Part shown: positions 11,617 through 23,866 of the stretch, in pieces
Layout of the letters: each line of letters begins with the position of its first letter
Numbering within the stretch: the stretch's first letter is position 1
Assembly (NCBI GenBank): GCA_040143965.1
Contig: JASJQH010006925.1
Location: 1 to 38,131, forward strand
DNA from: Basidiobolus ranarum
Taxonomy: Eukaryota
DNA: 38,131 nt
Direction of reading: 5' to 3'
Translations under genes and position numbers: made by a program
Notes under the pieces: generated by a model
Told to the model about the DNA's origin: nothing
The model's database searches: none
The model's input: only the letters and a program-made list of their open reading frames with translations

Positions 11617-13281
11617 ATGTCAGCTCAAGAAAGCACTGCAACCGAGTCTGTTCCTGTTTCTTTTTTGCCTACTACTGTTAGCGACACTTATCCTGATGAA
11701 GATGAGAAGAAGCAGAAATCTGAGGATCCTGAAGAAAAGCCTACCTTTTACCAACGCTTTCGTCTTCCTATCCATATTGCTGCGATAATGCTATACACTG
11801 GTTACATGATTGCTGTCTGGATCCTTCACGGCCGTGATAGTCTTGTCATGTCGTTAATTTGGGCGTTTGTTACTTTGAAGGTCATGTTCTATCATGTCCC
11901 CACTACTATCCTTACCAAACCACTAGGCTGGTTTTTTTCTCGCTTAATCAGATTCGCCATGAGATTCCCAAGCAAGGTTCGCTGGATCGGCTCTGTTGTT
12001 CTCACTGTTGGCCTTATTGTTGGAGTTACACTTGGTTTGCCAGTGGAAACGGGTCACAGTAATTTGACAGATAGAGTAAGATCTTTGGGTGGATTGTGCG
12101 TGTTTATACTTACTCTTTATGCCACATCAAGTAATCGCAAGAGAATTCCTTGGGCAACTGTTATAGTCGGTATATTGATGCAGTTTATCCTTGGTTTATT
12201 CATTCTCAAGACCTCTGTTGGCTACGATGTCTTTCACTGGTTATCAGACTTGTGTTCTACTCTCCTTGAATTCTCAAACGATGGTTTAGCATTCATTGCT
12301 GGTGAAGACGTAGCCAAGACTCAAGTATTCGCTACCACAGTGCTTCCTGCTGTGCTTTTCTTCGCTGCCATTGTTAAGATTGTCTACTTCTTTGGTGGTA
12401 TGCAATGGATGGTTAAGAAGGTAGCCTGGTTCATGGTCAGAGTGATGGGTACTAGCGGTGCCGAGTCTACTGTCGCCGCTGCCTCACCTTTCGTTGGCCA
12501 AGGTGAGTCCGCATTACTTGTTCTTCCTTTCTTGGAGACAATGACAAAATCCGAGATTCACTCCACCATGGTATCTGGCTTCGCTACTATCTCTGGTTCA
12601 GTTTTGGTTGGATTTATCTCAATGGGTGTTGATTCACAATCACTTATTACTTCATGTGTCATGTCTACCCCATGTGGTCTGGCTATTTCAAAAATGCGGA
12701 TTCCTGAGACCGGAGAGCCCGTGACCAAAGGTAAGGTTCGTATCCCAGAATCCGAAGATAAAGAATCCAATTTCTTGCACGCTGCTGCCAATGGTGCTGC
12801 TCAAGGTGTTCAGTTGGCGTTCTTGATCGGAGCCACGGTCCTTGCATTCATGTCACTCCTCGCTTTAGTGAACGCTTTACTCACATGGGCCGGTAACTTT
12901 ATTAACATCGATCATCTGACTCTCGAATTGATCATGGGCTATGTATTTGTTCCTTTCATCTGGTTGGTTGGTATTCCTCAAACGGATTGCATAGATGTAG
13001 CTCGCCTCATGGCTACCAAAATGTTCGTCAATGAGTTCGTTGCTTTTGGTAACCTTACCAGCCCAACAATGGTCCAAAAATTACTTCCACGCACCCAAGC
13101 TTTGGCAGTTTACTGTCTTTGTGGATTCGCCAATTTCGGATCTATCGGTATTCAAATTGGTGCTTTGGGATCTATGGCACCTTCTCGTAGACAAGACCTT
13201 GCCCAACTTGCCTTCTCTGCTATGTTGTGCGGTACGATGTCGACCCTGATGAGTGCTACCATTGCAGGCATGCTTATGTAG
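11617..13281 (+). CDS. Concentrative nucleoside transporter (CNT/SLC28 family), paralogue A, 554 aa, intronless
   Basis: Single long ORF; motifs GTSGAES..AAASPFVGQGES, SGFATISGSVL, KMFVNEFVAF, YCLCGFANFGSIGIQIG..APSRR; many TM segments. Confidence 0.96.
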   Translation: MSAQESTATESVPVSFLPTTVSDTYPDEDEKKQKSEDPEEKPTFYQRFRLPIHIAAIMLYTGYMIAVWILHGRDSLVMSLIWAFVTLKVMFYHVPTTILTKPLGWFFSRLIRFAMRFPSKVRWIGSVVLTVGLIVGVTLGLPVETGHSNLTDRVRSLGGLCVFILTLYATSSNRKRIPWATVIVGILMQFILGLFILKTSVGYDVFHWLSDLCSTLLEFSNDGLAFIAGEDVAKTQVFATTVLPAVLFFAAIVKIVYFFGGMQWMVKKVAWFMVRVMGTSGAESTVAAASPFVGQGESALLVLPFLETMTKSEIHSTMVSGFATISGSVLVGFISMGVDSQSLITSCVMSTPCGLAISKMRIPETGEPVTKGKVRIPESEDKESNFLHAAANGAAQGVQLAFLIGATVLAFMSLLALVNALLTWAGNFINIDHLTLELIMGYVFVPFIWLVGIPQTDCIDVARLMATKMFVNEFVAFGNLTSPTMVQKLLPRTQALAVYCLCGFANFGSIGIQIGALGSMAPSRRQDLAQLAFSAMLCGTMSTLMSATIAGMLM

Positions 13282-13994
13282 AGGTGACACCATTTTACGT
13301 TCATACTAGCACAAAACCAAGTGATTTTAGATGAATACCACTGTATAATATAAAGTATAATATAAATATTGGATCAGCTCACTTTTTCGGTTCATACTAT
13401 ATTAGTAGTAACAAATAAGGAACATGTAGAATTTTCCACTGATCCAGATTTAGATTTGCTTTTCATCATACACTTGTGTCTGCTGACCAAATTCCTATTT
13501 GATGGAAATTTTTCCATCAGGAAGAGCAAATAGGTAATGCAAGTTCAATGGACGATTACTAAGATACCATGCGAGTTTCCATTCGCTCTATCTAAATATC
13601 AATAACTGAATCTGGAATATCTTCAACCTGATTACTAGAAGAATCTTATCTTGCCATTTATAGATCAGATAGAGCGTTTTTCTTTAGATCGAATGGTTTT
13701 TATTTTACATAATATATATAATGAAATTACTTACAAATCAACAAAATGTACATAGATTACGGAACAAAACAAATTAAGTTTAAAGTTACTGAATTAAATA
13801 TTGTAAAAGTTTAGATAGGGATATGAACAGATTTATGAGCAAAGACCAGTTTGAAATCTAAGAAATTATATTGTATAGGTCTTAATAGGGGTACAGATTT
13901 AGATTGGATAATATTCTTTTGCCATGAAATGTCATATTTGAAAATGTTGGAAGCTATGTACAGATCTACATCTTCATTGACAATTCAAATGGGT

Positions 13995-15677
13995 TTACAT
14001 AAGCATACCAGCAATGGTGGCACTCATAAGGGTCGACATAGTACCACACAACATAGCCGAGAAGGCAAGTTCAGCAAGATCTTGTTTACGAGAAGGAGCC
14101 ATAGATCCCAAAGCACCAATTTGGATACCAACTGATCCGAAATTGGCAAAACCGCAAAGGCAGTAAATAGCCAAATCTTGGGTACGTTGAAGTAAACTAT
14201 GAGTCTTTTCCATGGCCATGAGCTGATCAAAAGCAACAAACTCATTGACAAACATTTTGGTAGCCATAAGACGAGATACTTTGATGCAATCGACTTGAGG
14301 AATACCAACCAACCAGATGAAAGGAACAAACACATAACCCATAGCCAGTTGGAGAGTTAAGTGATCAATGTTGATGAAGTTACCGGCCCATGTGAGCAAA
14401 GCGTTCACCAAAGCGAGGAGTGACATGAATGCAAGGACAGTGGCAGCAATCAAAAAGACCAAGTGAACACCTTGAGCGGCACCATTGGCAGCAGCGTGCA
14501 AGAAATTGGATTCTTTATCTTCGGATTCTGGGATATGAACCTCACCTCTAGTCACGGGCTCCTCAGTCTCAGGAACACGCATCTTGGAGATAGCCATACC
14601 ACATGGAGTAGACATGACACAAGAGGTAATAAGTTGCTGTGGGTCAACTCCCATCGAGATAAATCCAACCAAAACTGAACCAGAGATAGTAGCGAAGCCA
14701 GATACCATGGTGGAGTGAAGCTCAGATTTTGTCATTGTCTCCAAGAAAGGAAGAACGAGTAAAGATGACTCGCCCATACCAACGAAAGGTGAGGCGGCTG
14801 CAACAGTTGACTCGGCACCACTAGTACCCATCACTCTGACCATGAACCAAGCTACCTTCTTAACTATCCATTGCATACCACCGAAGTAGTAAACGATCTT
14901 TACAATAGCACAGAAGAAGAGGACAGCGGGAAGTACTGTGGCAGCAAATACAGGGGCTTTAGCGGCACTATCACCGACAATAAATTGTAAACCGATATTA
15001 GAGAACTCAAGGAGACTAGTACACAAGTGTGAGATCCAATTGAAGATATCGTAGCCAACAGAGGTCTTAAGAATGAATAAACCAAGAATGAATTGCATCA
15101 AGACTCCTCCAATAACTGTAGCCCAACGGATCCTCTTACGATCAGTAGAAGTAGCATATAGAAGGAGGAGGAAAGCACATAGACCACCCAAAGATCTGAC
15201 TCTGTCTGTCAAAGAACTGTGACCACCTCCAGATGGCAAACCAAGGGTAGTACCAGCGATAAAGGCAACAGTGAAGACAACAGAAACAATCCAACGAATT
15301 TTGCTTGGGAATCTCATGGCAAACCCGATTAACTGGGAGAAAACCCAACCTATCGGTTTGGAAACAATAGAAGTTGGGACATGATAGAACATGACCTTTA
15401 AACTGACAAATGCCCACAATAGAGAGGGAACAAGAGTTTTATGACCGTGAAGAATCCAGGCAGCAATCATGTAACCGGTATATATCGCTATCGCAGCGAT
15501 ATGAATAGGAAGACGAAAGCGTTGATAAAAGGTAGGTTTTTCCTCAGGATCCTCACTTTTTGGCTTCTTCTCATCATCCTCGATATACGTATCGTGGATA
15601 GTAGTTGGCAAAAGAGAAACTGGAACAGAAGTGACTGTCTGGTCCTTAACTTCTTGAGATGACATTTCTATATCCAT
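13995..15677 (-). CDS. Concentrative nucleoside transporter (CNT/SLC28 family), paralogue B, 560 aa, intronless
   Basis: Same motifs as paralogue A and highly similar along its length (identical C-terminus MSTLMSATIAGMLM); has SPFVGMGES where A has SPFVGQGES. Confidence 0.96.
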   Translation of the reverse strand: MDIEMSSQEVKDQTVTSVPVSLLPTTIHDTYIEDDEKKPKSEDPEEKPTFYQRFRLPIHIAAIAIYTGYMIAAWILHGHKTLVPSLLWAFVSLKVMFYHVPTSIVSKPIGWVFSQLIGFAMRFPSKIRWIVSVVFTVAFIAGTTLGLPSGGGHSSLTDRVRSLGGLCAFLLLLYATSTDRKRIRWATVIGGVLMQFILGLFILKTSVGYDIFNWISHLCTSLLEFSNIGLQFIVGDSAAKAPVFAATVLPAVLFFCAIVKIVYYFGGMQWIVKKVAWFMVRVMGTSGAESTVAAASPFVGMGESSLLVLPFLETMTKSELHSTMVSGFATISGSVLVGFISMGVDPQQLITSCVMSTPCGMAISKMRVPETEEPVTRGEVHIPESEDKESNFLHAAANGAAQGVHLVFLIAATVLAFMSLLALVNALLTWAGNFINIDHLTLQLAMGYVFVPFIWLVGIPQVDCIKVSRLMATKMFVNEFVAFDQLMAMEKTHSLLQRTQDLAIYCLCGFANFGSVGIQIGALGSMAPSRKQDLAELAFSAMLCGTMSTLMSATIAGMLM

Positions 15678-16920
15678 AGGAACGTTTTTACTTTAAAAGT
15701 ATCGTAGTGAATTGAGCTGATGATGATGATTTGTATAAGCGAACTCTCTTCATCTTTTATAATTTTCTTACAAATCCTTCGATACCTGCCTAACTTTAAT
15801 TTGGACCCAGGTACGGAATTCTTGATGGAATTCGGTGGTGATCTTTGAGCCATCCGGACTCCTACAGAACTCATTCCATATATGGACTTATCATTTAGGA
15901 TATTTCTGTGTCTGACTTGATTTACCAAATCCATAGAATTCACCTGGGGTTGGTCGTATTACTTGCCTCGAAGACTCACGGCCAGAGCACACCAATCATA
16001 GTTACCAGGGTTCAAAAGCAATTGAAATGATTTGGTTAGACTCGATCATTGGAATGTCACTACAACCTTATTCGAAAGTATGGAGAAATTGTGGCACTCA
16101 CACGTTTGTCTACTGGCTGCTTGTTATTGTATATGTTTATGGTTTTGTGATTCCATGAACCTTCTACCAATCTATTTCAAGAGAATCCTAGAGAATCCAC
16201 TGATGTTTGAAACTTTCATACGGTCTAGCTTGTTACCATTTTGGTTTTAGTGTCTCAATCTAAGCATTGTTCACTTTCGTATAGGAAGTTAATACAAAGT
16301 AAAAGCCACGCGTTAATCCCTATTAGTATATTAATTTTGCATGGAGTCAGCCACAAAACTGTTTCCACAATTCCTTACCGCTAGTATTGTGTAAAGTTAT
16401 TGACTTGGCTGGGACAAAAGAAGGCGCCTCACGAATCACAATGGAGCCTTTTGTAGTTTATAGAATCACAATGTTGCTGCTTATGTACTTTATCTTGACC
16501 AGACTATCCGTATTAACCACAGAAGCCAGCCTTCTATATGCTATGATTTACTTGTCTTTTTTCGAGTATATCTTGGCTAATATTGGATGCATTGTCTTTG
16601 TAAATACAGTGTTGTAAATGAGGGCATTCTCAACTTCGCGCGAAACACCGTATTTACGATTATAGTTGTTACATTGGAACCATCCAGTACATATATCGTT
16701 TGGTTGAGAAGACACTTACGAGAATGCACTCCTACTAGACTTGTGTATTGATTTTCCCGCCACTTAACATCTGAGAGAACTACAGCTGTGGTGTGGTAAT
16801 TCGCTTTGGAATTTTACTGTCAAAAGTAGTTCTTAGCATCTGTTATGCCAGCAATAGCAAGTAATTTGCATATCAATTGACAATATGTTTGCTTAATAGC
16901 AGCAATTGCAACTAATCACG

Positions 16921-17040
16921 GTTAATTTCGTGAAGACCATACTAAAATGTTAACTTGTCAAGTCTAAACATATGTCAACGGTTAATTTCGTGAGCATCAT
17001 GCTAAAATGTTAACTTGTTAAGTCTAAACATATGTCAACG
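16921..17040. repeat. 60-bp tandem duplication (55/60 identical)
   Basis: Lines 16921-16980 and 16981-17040 align without gaps and have 5 mismatches. Confidence 0.95.
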
Positions 17041-17158
17041 GTACATTGAGTGGTAACTGCTGTTATTACCCGGTAAATATACCCATCAGAGTTCACCAGT
17101 GGTCAAACTCAGAATCGGGTGAGAAAATTCAGAATCACTTCCATCTTTGGAGTAGCTA

Positions 17159-17248
17159 CTATCTGATAATATTATCTTGATAAGGCCAGTTATCTTAAAC
17201 GAGATTGAACAAACTCGCTATTGTAGGGTTATCACGATAATTGGATAA
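17159..17248. promoter_or_regulatory. Dense cluster of GATA boxes, several as inverted pairs, about 500 nt upstream of the GATA-factor gene
   Basis: GATAA at 17165, 17179, 17236, 17244; TTATC at 17172, 17190, 17229; ATCTGATAA at 17161-17169. Confidence 0.6.
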
Positions 17249-17746
17249 CACGCTTCGTGTCGATTTGGTATAACGTGTCGGACTTTTCTGACAATTCTGT
17301 AAGCTGGGTACTCGGGTCAACGCTCTGTTCAGCATTTTAGACAATAAATCAGTGAATTGTTTATCTTGTGCCCATCAAGTTAAATAATGCCGTGACATTT
17401 AAATGCCGATCTATGTTTATGAGTTGTGATCTAGCGTAAATGCTGACCTAAATATGGTCCAATCAAGTCTCGATTAGCGTGATCATCACGAATCAAATAA
17501 ATGTCCATCATTCCCCTTGTTTTGATTTGATTTTTTTCTTTTTTATCTGGCTTCTTTTGTTTTCCTTTGCGTTTGCCTTTATCATTGGTGACGCCATTGT
17601 AACAAAAGTTGTACCAACCCATTCAATTGTGCCATTTTCTCCGACGCCTTATGTCGGTTGTATTGAGTATTCTGCGATTCGCGAAAACATACTTTTATCG
17701 ATAGACAAACTTAATTTTCTACAATACGCACGTCGCAAACAACGTT

Positions 17747-19116
17747 ATGGAACCATTACTGATCTCAGATGAGAAGGATTTTTTTGATACCTCAAGATAC
17801 GCCTCGATAAACCTAAAATCCACTTTCAACCTAGCCAGCTGCTCTAACGCGTAACTATAGTAATTATATCTTTTTGTATCCTTCATGACAACTCATTATT
17901 CTTGATATAGTGATATACTAGAAAGCTTTACAGAGTCGAGGAAGCGGTGGATTTCTTCCTTGTTCGATCGTGTGTCCACTAGCAAAACGCCACATACCTC
18001 CTTGGGCAGTTGTACCATAATGATCGGTCCACACGTATTCCCCAATAGTCAATTCTACAAAACGCACGCTAAACTTGGTTTATTAACGAGCCACACTCTA
18101 GAGGATTACTCTCACTCGTCACTCAAGAATATTACTCAAATATCTACTCCACCTACATCTCCTATCTCACCTTCCAAAGATAAATTTGATATTGTGTTTG
18201 AACTTGAAGATAGTCCCGGATCATGGTGGTTACTGCCCAAGGATGTCAAACTTAAGACACAGTCTCTTAAAGAGCCATATCAGGTATTGACGCGCTTTTA
18301 TTTACAAAGACACGCCGTATGCTAAAACTAACTATTTGGGAATAGGTTTCAGTGACATTTCCGCCACTCTTGGCCAAATCTCTACCTGATCCCATTTATC
18401 AACAAACAAATCAAAATTTCTTCTATATTTTTGGAGTGCAAAAAGAACTTTGGGCTGAGTTGCAATTGGCGTTGATCGATTTTTATATTAATGATGAGTA
18501 TGAAACGCACTATACTCGACCCAAAATCATTCTCAAACATCCCAAAAACTCTAAAATTAGCCATGATTCGTACGAAAACTATTACAACCTTTCACAGTCT
18601 GACTCTGATCAGTATGATTCAGATTTTGTTAATGACACTTGGGGTTCCAGCCCTTGTGCTCGTAAATATCAGAAAGTCAGCTCTGGAGTAGCAGGTAAAT
18701 ACGACCTTTTATTTTCAGACATAAGAACTATCAATAGTAATCAATTGGAAATAGATAAAACGCCAACCAAAGTATTGATTACGCCTAAGCGTATCAATCT
18801 CTCTGTTACTTCTAACTCAGGTGGCATGGGTAAAAAATGCGGCTATTGCGGATGTAAGAGTACTCCGATGTGGCGTAGAGGTCCAGCTGGTCCTGGAACA
18901 CTTTGCAACGCTTGTGGTGTGAAATGGAAACATGGGAAGATCTTGCAAGAACAACCAGTCAAATATGAAAAGCTAGTGCTAAGCTCTCGTGGGAGAGCCA
19001 GCAGTTCTAAAGATTTGTCTTGTAAAATGACACCAGTGGTTTTGATTAATTCCCGGATGACCCGCGATAATACGCCTGTCTCTTCGATGGGTGATGACGA
19101 TGGCATTAATGAATAG
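17747..19116 (+). CDS. GATA-type zinc-finger protein (C-X2-C-X18-C-X2-C) with N-terminal Swc3-like region, 415 aa
   Basis: Exons 17747-17850, 17911-18283, 18346-19116 (1248 nt, phases consistent). Finger [31 protein letters not shown]-terminal blocks [26 protein letters not shown] and [18 protein letters not shown]. The GATA call is secure; the Swc3-like call is tentative. Confidence 0.85.
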
Positions 19117-19568
19117 TCATAATCGTGGAACGTTTGTACTGAAAGCACCCTATTTTAGGGTACGCTTTCTCTCCTGATGGACACTATTTGGAGTAGCATC
19201 TCGCTCTTCATCCGCGATCCGTCACGTATACATGCGTATGTGACGTTGTATTTCAGCTCTGTAATATTACCGATGCTCCAGAAAGAAAATATGTATTTTA
19301 GCTATATTATAGACAATCATCATAAAAGTGCAATTATTGCTTTTTCCGACATAGACAATTAGACTTGTACCTATTTGTTGACTTTATAATGTTTACATCA
19401 AGTAATGACCACATGTTATAACGTACATTTCCTATGAAAACCATGGAGATTAAACTAAATTGATGCAAATAATCAAGGGAATCAAAGGATTTTTTTCGGG
19501 GATTTTTTTGCAGAAATTCATGGGTTTTCCTGAAAACTATGAGGATGGGGAAATACGTGATAATTAAT

Positions 19569-21812
19569 TTAGAAGTTTCCTTCGGGACAAATCATTCGTT
19601 TGTAGTCCTTAATGCCTTCACCGGTGAATTTGGTGAGCTTGTGTTTATCACAAACCCAAATTTCATTACACACCGAGTCAATGAAACGTTCGTCGTGAGA
19701 AACAACTGCGACACCACCAGTAAACTGTTTGAGGGCATTTGTCAGTGCATCGATAGAGTCCATATCCAAGTGATTGGTAGGCTAAGCGATTACAAATAGA
19801 TTAGTTTAAAAGTGAGCAAAGTGATGAGCGAAATGGATTTCATGACTTACTTCATCAAGTACCAAGAAGTGTGGATCTTGAATGGCTAAACATGCGAAAG
19901 CAACTCTACTCTTTTGACCACCGGAAAGGGTTTGGATAGCTTGCAGACCGACCATACCGGAGATACCGAATTTACCAAGGTAGCGTCTATATTCTTCCTC
20001 AGTACGTCCAGGGTAAGCCACAGCCATGTATGCGACTGCGGAAAGATTGAGATCAAGTTGGTCAACGTGATGCTGAGTAAAGTAAGCAAGACGAAGACGT
20101 CCATGTCTGTGAACTAAACCAGTTCTTGGCTCCAATTGGCCAATCAAGAGCTTGAGCATAGTGGATTTACCAGCACCGTTAGGACCAACGACAGCGATAC
20201 GAGAGTCCATTTGCATATCAAAGCTCACACCACTAAGAATAGTCTGACCATTGTTATATCCGAAAGTTACTTCGTTCATTTGCAAGATTGGAGGACTCAA
20301 CTTCTCAGTCTCAGGGAAACTGAATGTTACAATGGTCTCATCCTCAGGTTTCTCAAGCTCTGGTAGTTTCTCCAAAATCTTGATTTTACTCTGAGCTTGA
20401 GCAGCACGCTTAGCATTGAATCTCCAACGGTCGATGAAGTCTTGAAGATGTTGACGATATTGAAGTTGTGATTCATATTCGCGGAGTTGGTTTTTACGAC
20501 GTTCTTCTTTAGTGGCATAGAATTGAGTGAAGTTTCCTTTATAGTAGTCGAGTTTCTCAGAGTGTTGATGAAGAATGTCAGTAGCAACTTCATCCAAAAA
20601 CTCTCTGTCGTGAGATACGACAAGCAAGGAGTTGGGCCATGTCTTCAAATATGATTCCAACCATACCACCGCTGGGATATCCAACATATTGGTAGGTTCA
20701 TCAAGTAACAGAAGATCTGGTTTACAGAAGAGTGCACGAGCAAGAGAGAGACGCATACGCCAACCACCAGAGAATGAAGAGGTGGGGTTGCGAATCTGAT
20801 CAACTCGGAAGCCTAAACCAGAAAGGATAGCTGCAGCTCTAGCCTCAGCCTTATCTGACTCAATATCATTAAGCTTAGAGTAAACTTCACGCAACTTAAG
20901 TTCAATTTCTCCTTTTTCATCTTCGGCTTCATCAGTTTTGCTATCAGCCTGTTCTAATTCCGACATTCTTGAAGTTAACTGTCTCTCTTCGGCCAACAAG
21001 TGCTCACGGAAGTAATCAGCTTTGAGTACAGATACAATAGCAGGGGTGTCATCTCCAGCCATTTCTTGCTCAACATGAAGAATACTGATATGAGTAGGAA
21101 TACTCACTTCACGCTTAGAAATGGTACGAAGAAGAGTGGATTTTCCGATACCGTTTCTACCGATAAGACCGTAACGTCTACCGAATGCGAGAGTAAGGGA
21201 AGCATTAGTAAGAATACGTTTACCAGCAAAGGAAATATCGAAGTTTTCCAATTTGATATCCTTGGATTTTCCACGGGTAGTGGTATAATCGAGAATAGGG
21301 TTGATAGAAAGAAGTTCAACTTCATCTTGTTTAAGAATCAATTTACTAGCTTCATAATTGGATTTACGTTCTCTCTTAAGTAGTTTCTCTCGAATCTTCT
21401 TCTCAGCCTTCTCTAACTTCTTTTGGTCTACTTGGGAGGCCATCTTTCTACCACTAACAGCTTCCAAATCAATATTTCTAGCTGCCAATTTAGAAGTAGC
21501 TGAAATGTGACTTTGGGAGAGCATATGGATGGGAGTCTCCAGTTTGGTTAGACCACTAATCTTTTTTTCTTGGAGTACGCCGTGGTAGTCGAACATTTTA
21601 GTAAGTTCCTCACATAATTTCTTTACCAAATTAACGTCACCACCGGCATCAACTAGCATAGGGCCTACAAATTCATTGACTGAAGCGTCTTCGTCTTCAT
21701 TTTGAGGCTCTGATAACCAGCCCAGGAGATATTCTACAATAGGATCATCCACATTGGGAACTGCCTTACGAATCAAACTCTCAGCTTTTGCGGTTTTCGT
21801 TTCTGCTACCAT
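19569..21812 (-). CDS. GCN20: ABC-F family ATPase Gcn20/ABCF3, 724 aa
   Basis: Exons 21812-19851 and 19781-19569. Two nucleotide-binding domains: GRNGIGKST / FSGGWRMR / LLLLDEPTN and GPNGAGKST / LSGGQKSR / LVLDEPTNHLD; no TM domains; N-terminal extension typical of Gcn20. Confidence 0.95.
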
Positions 21813-22248
21813 ATTTTCAAAAGAGAATTGAAGGGGAATTTAGTGAACGAATACTAGTTCTATGCACTGGACAATTCTAGCGTTAGTTGACACTATTACC
21901 TAGATTAGTATCTAGTATGAAAAAAATGACCAGTTACCTTGACCAAGCATCATCAATGTGAATATTGAAGGGGTTTTTTTTTTAGAAGTCAATAGATCTG
22001 AGAGTTTTGGTTTGTTTGAAAATTAGCTAATTTAAGTCTCAAATAGGATTATTTAAAGCCACTCTCCCATTGAATTTTTCAAGTAAGCGTACAGATATGT
22101 CAATGAAAATAGGATAATATTCGTCACCAAATCATGTGATATTTTTTGAAATTAACAGTAAGATATATGTTGTACCCTTCATGGCTGAGAATGCGGTAGG
22201 TTGCTTGAGGCTAGTTCTAGAAGAAAAAACCTCATTCCTCTCTAAAAT

Positions 22249-23866
22249 ATGTCACAAGCCAGTAAACCACCTCAAATACAAGAAATAGAGGACGATGATG
22301 ATGCCAATAATAATAATTTAGGGTACGCCTGGGAAGAAGAATATAAAAGAAGTTGGGATGTGGTACAAGAGGATGAACAAGGTTCACTTCGAAGTGTGGT
22401 TGCCAATTTACAACAACAAAAGCGTAGACGGTGAGTTAGTTTATTCTCTTCCCTTACTCGAATCATAGTCAATAAAATTGGAGGTTTCAATTCTTTTTCT
22501 GAAAACCACCGTTTTAATGGAAATTTTTTCTTCTTCCACTTAGTCTTTTACGTGATACTTCGACTATTCGACGTGGAATCATTCGTCACTTGTACTTAAT
22601 CTTGGATATGTCGGCTGATATGATGGAAAAAGATTACCGTCCACACAGGTTGGGTTTAACTGTAAATTACGTGGAAGCTTTTATTCTGGAGTATTTCGAC
22701 CAGAACCCTATCAGTCAAATCGGTTTGATCATTACTCGAGATGGAATTGCTGAGAAGTTAACTGAGTTGAGTGGTATGTTGACAACACTGGATAACGATG
22801 TGTGTTGATAGCCATTCTAAGCTAATATTCTTTGTTGGACATCTAGGCAACCCTATGGATCATATCCGAGCAATTAGAAACAAAAACAACCAAGATTGTG
22901 TTGGTGAACCGTCACTCCAAAATGCTCTAGAAATGGCGAGAAATGCACTCAGGTTCGATCAACATTCAATAGTGAATACCATAGAACTTAGCTAAAGCAC
23001 AAAGCGAACTATTTTCTAATCGAATTCTTCATAGTCATGTACCTTCCCATGGATCACGGGAGATTCTGGTGATTTTTGGTTCATTAACAACTTGCGATCC
23101 CGGGAATATTCACGAAACCATCCAGTTGCTTAAAAACGAAGAGATACGGTGTTCAATGGTTCAATTATCAGCAGAGGTTCAGGTATTCAAGACTCTGTGT
23201 AAAGAAACGGGTGGAAAATTTTCAGTCGCCATGAATGACATGCACTATAGAGATATCATGTTTGAAACCATCCCACCACCTCCCACTACCACTGCCAATA
23301 GCTCATCGAATTTAGTGAAGATGGGATTCCCCACACGAATTGTAGAATCTATTCCATCGTTTTGTGTATGGTAAGGTTGGACTTGCGTTTGTCAGTTGGC
23401 CAAGTACTGAACTCAAATAACTCCTTCATCCCTAGCCATCAAAAACCTGTTCTTGGTGGCTTTGTGTGTCCTAGATGCAAATCCAAGATTTGTGAACTAC
23501 CTACCGATTGCGACGTGTGCAATTTAACCCTAGTCTCCAGTCCACATTTAGCGCGTTCATACCATCATTTATTCCCAGTGGAAAATTTCGTTGATGTCGA
23601 CATTGCTCAGTAAGTCCCTCAGTTGTTAACACCACCCACGCATACACGTACTAACATTCATTGTATTAACCAGATGCACTAGTACTTGCTGTTTTGCTTG
23701 TCAAATGACTTTTGAGAACAAGCGAGACGATACCACCGAAGAGAATCTACTGTCCGATATTACACCTCGTTTTCAATGTCCCAAATGTAAAGAGCATTTT
23801 TGCATTGAATGCGATTTGTTTTCTCATGATATCTTACACAACTGTCCTGGTTGTTCACAGAAATGA
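22249..23866 (+). CDS. SSL1: TFIIH core subunit Ssl1/p44, 406 aa
   Basis: Exons 22249-22430, 22544-22773, 22847-22952, 23035-23370, 23436-23609, 23674-23866 (1221 nt). GYAWEEEYKRSW, RRGIIRHL, YFDQNPISQ, GEPSLQNALEMA, GSLTTCDPGNI, SSPHLARSYHHLFP and C-terminal zinc finger ending LHNCPGC. Confidence 0.96.

Noticed and set aside
16921-17040. Repeat as a CRISPR-like array or transposon end
   Set aside because: Only two adjacent copies, no spacers, no terminal inverted repeats or transposase remnants, and the context is eukaryotic.
17479-17746. 97-aa hydrophobic ORF upstream of the GATA gene
   Set aside because: Non-ATG start; hydrophobicity comes from a T-rich promoter/5' UTR tract. The real first exon starts at ATG 17747 in another frame.
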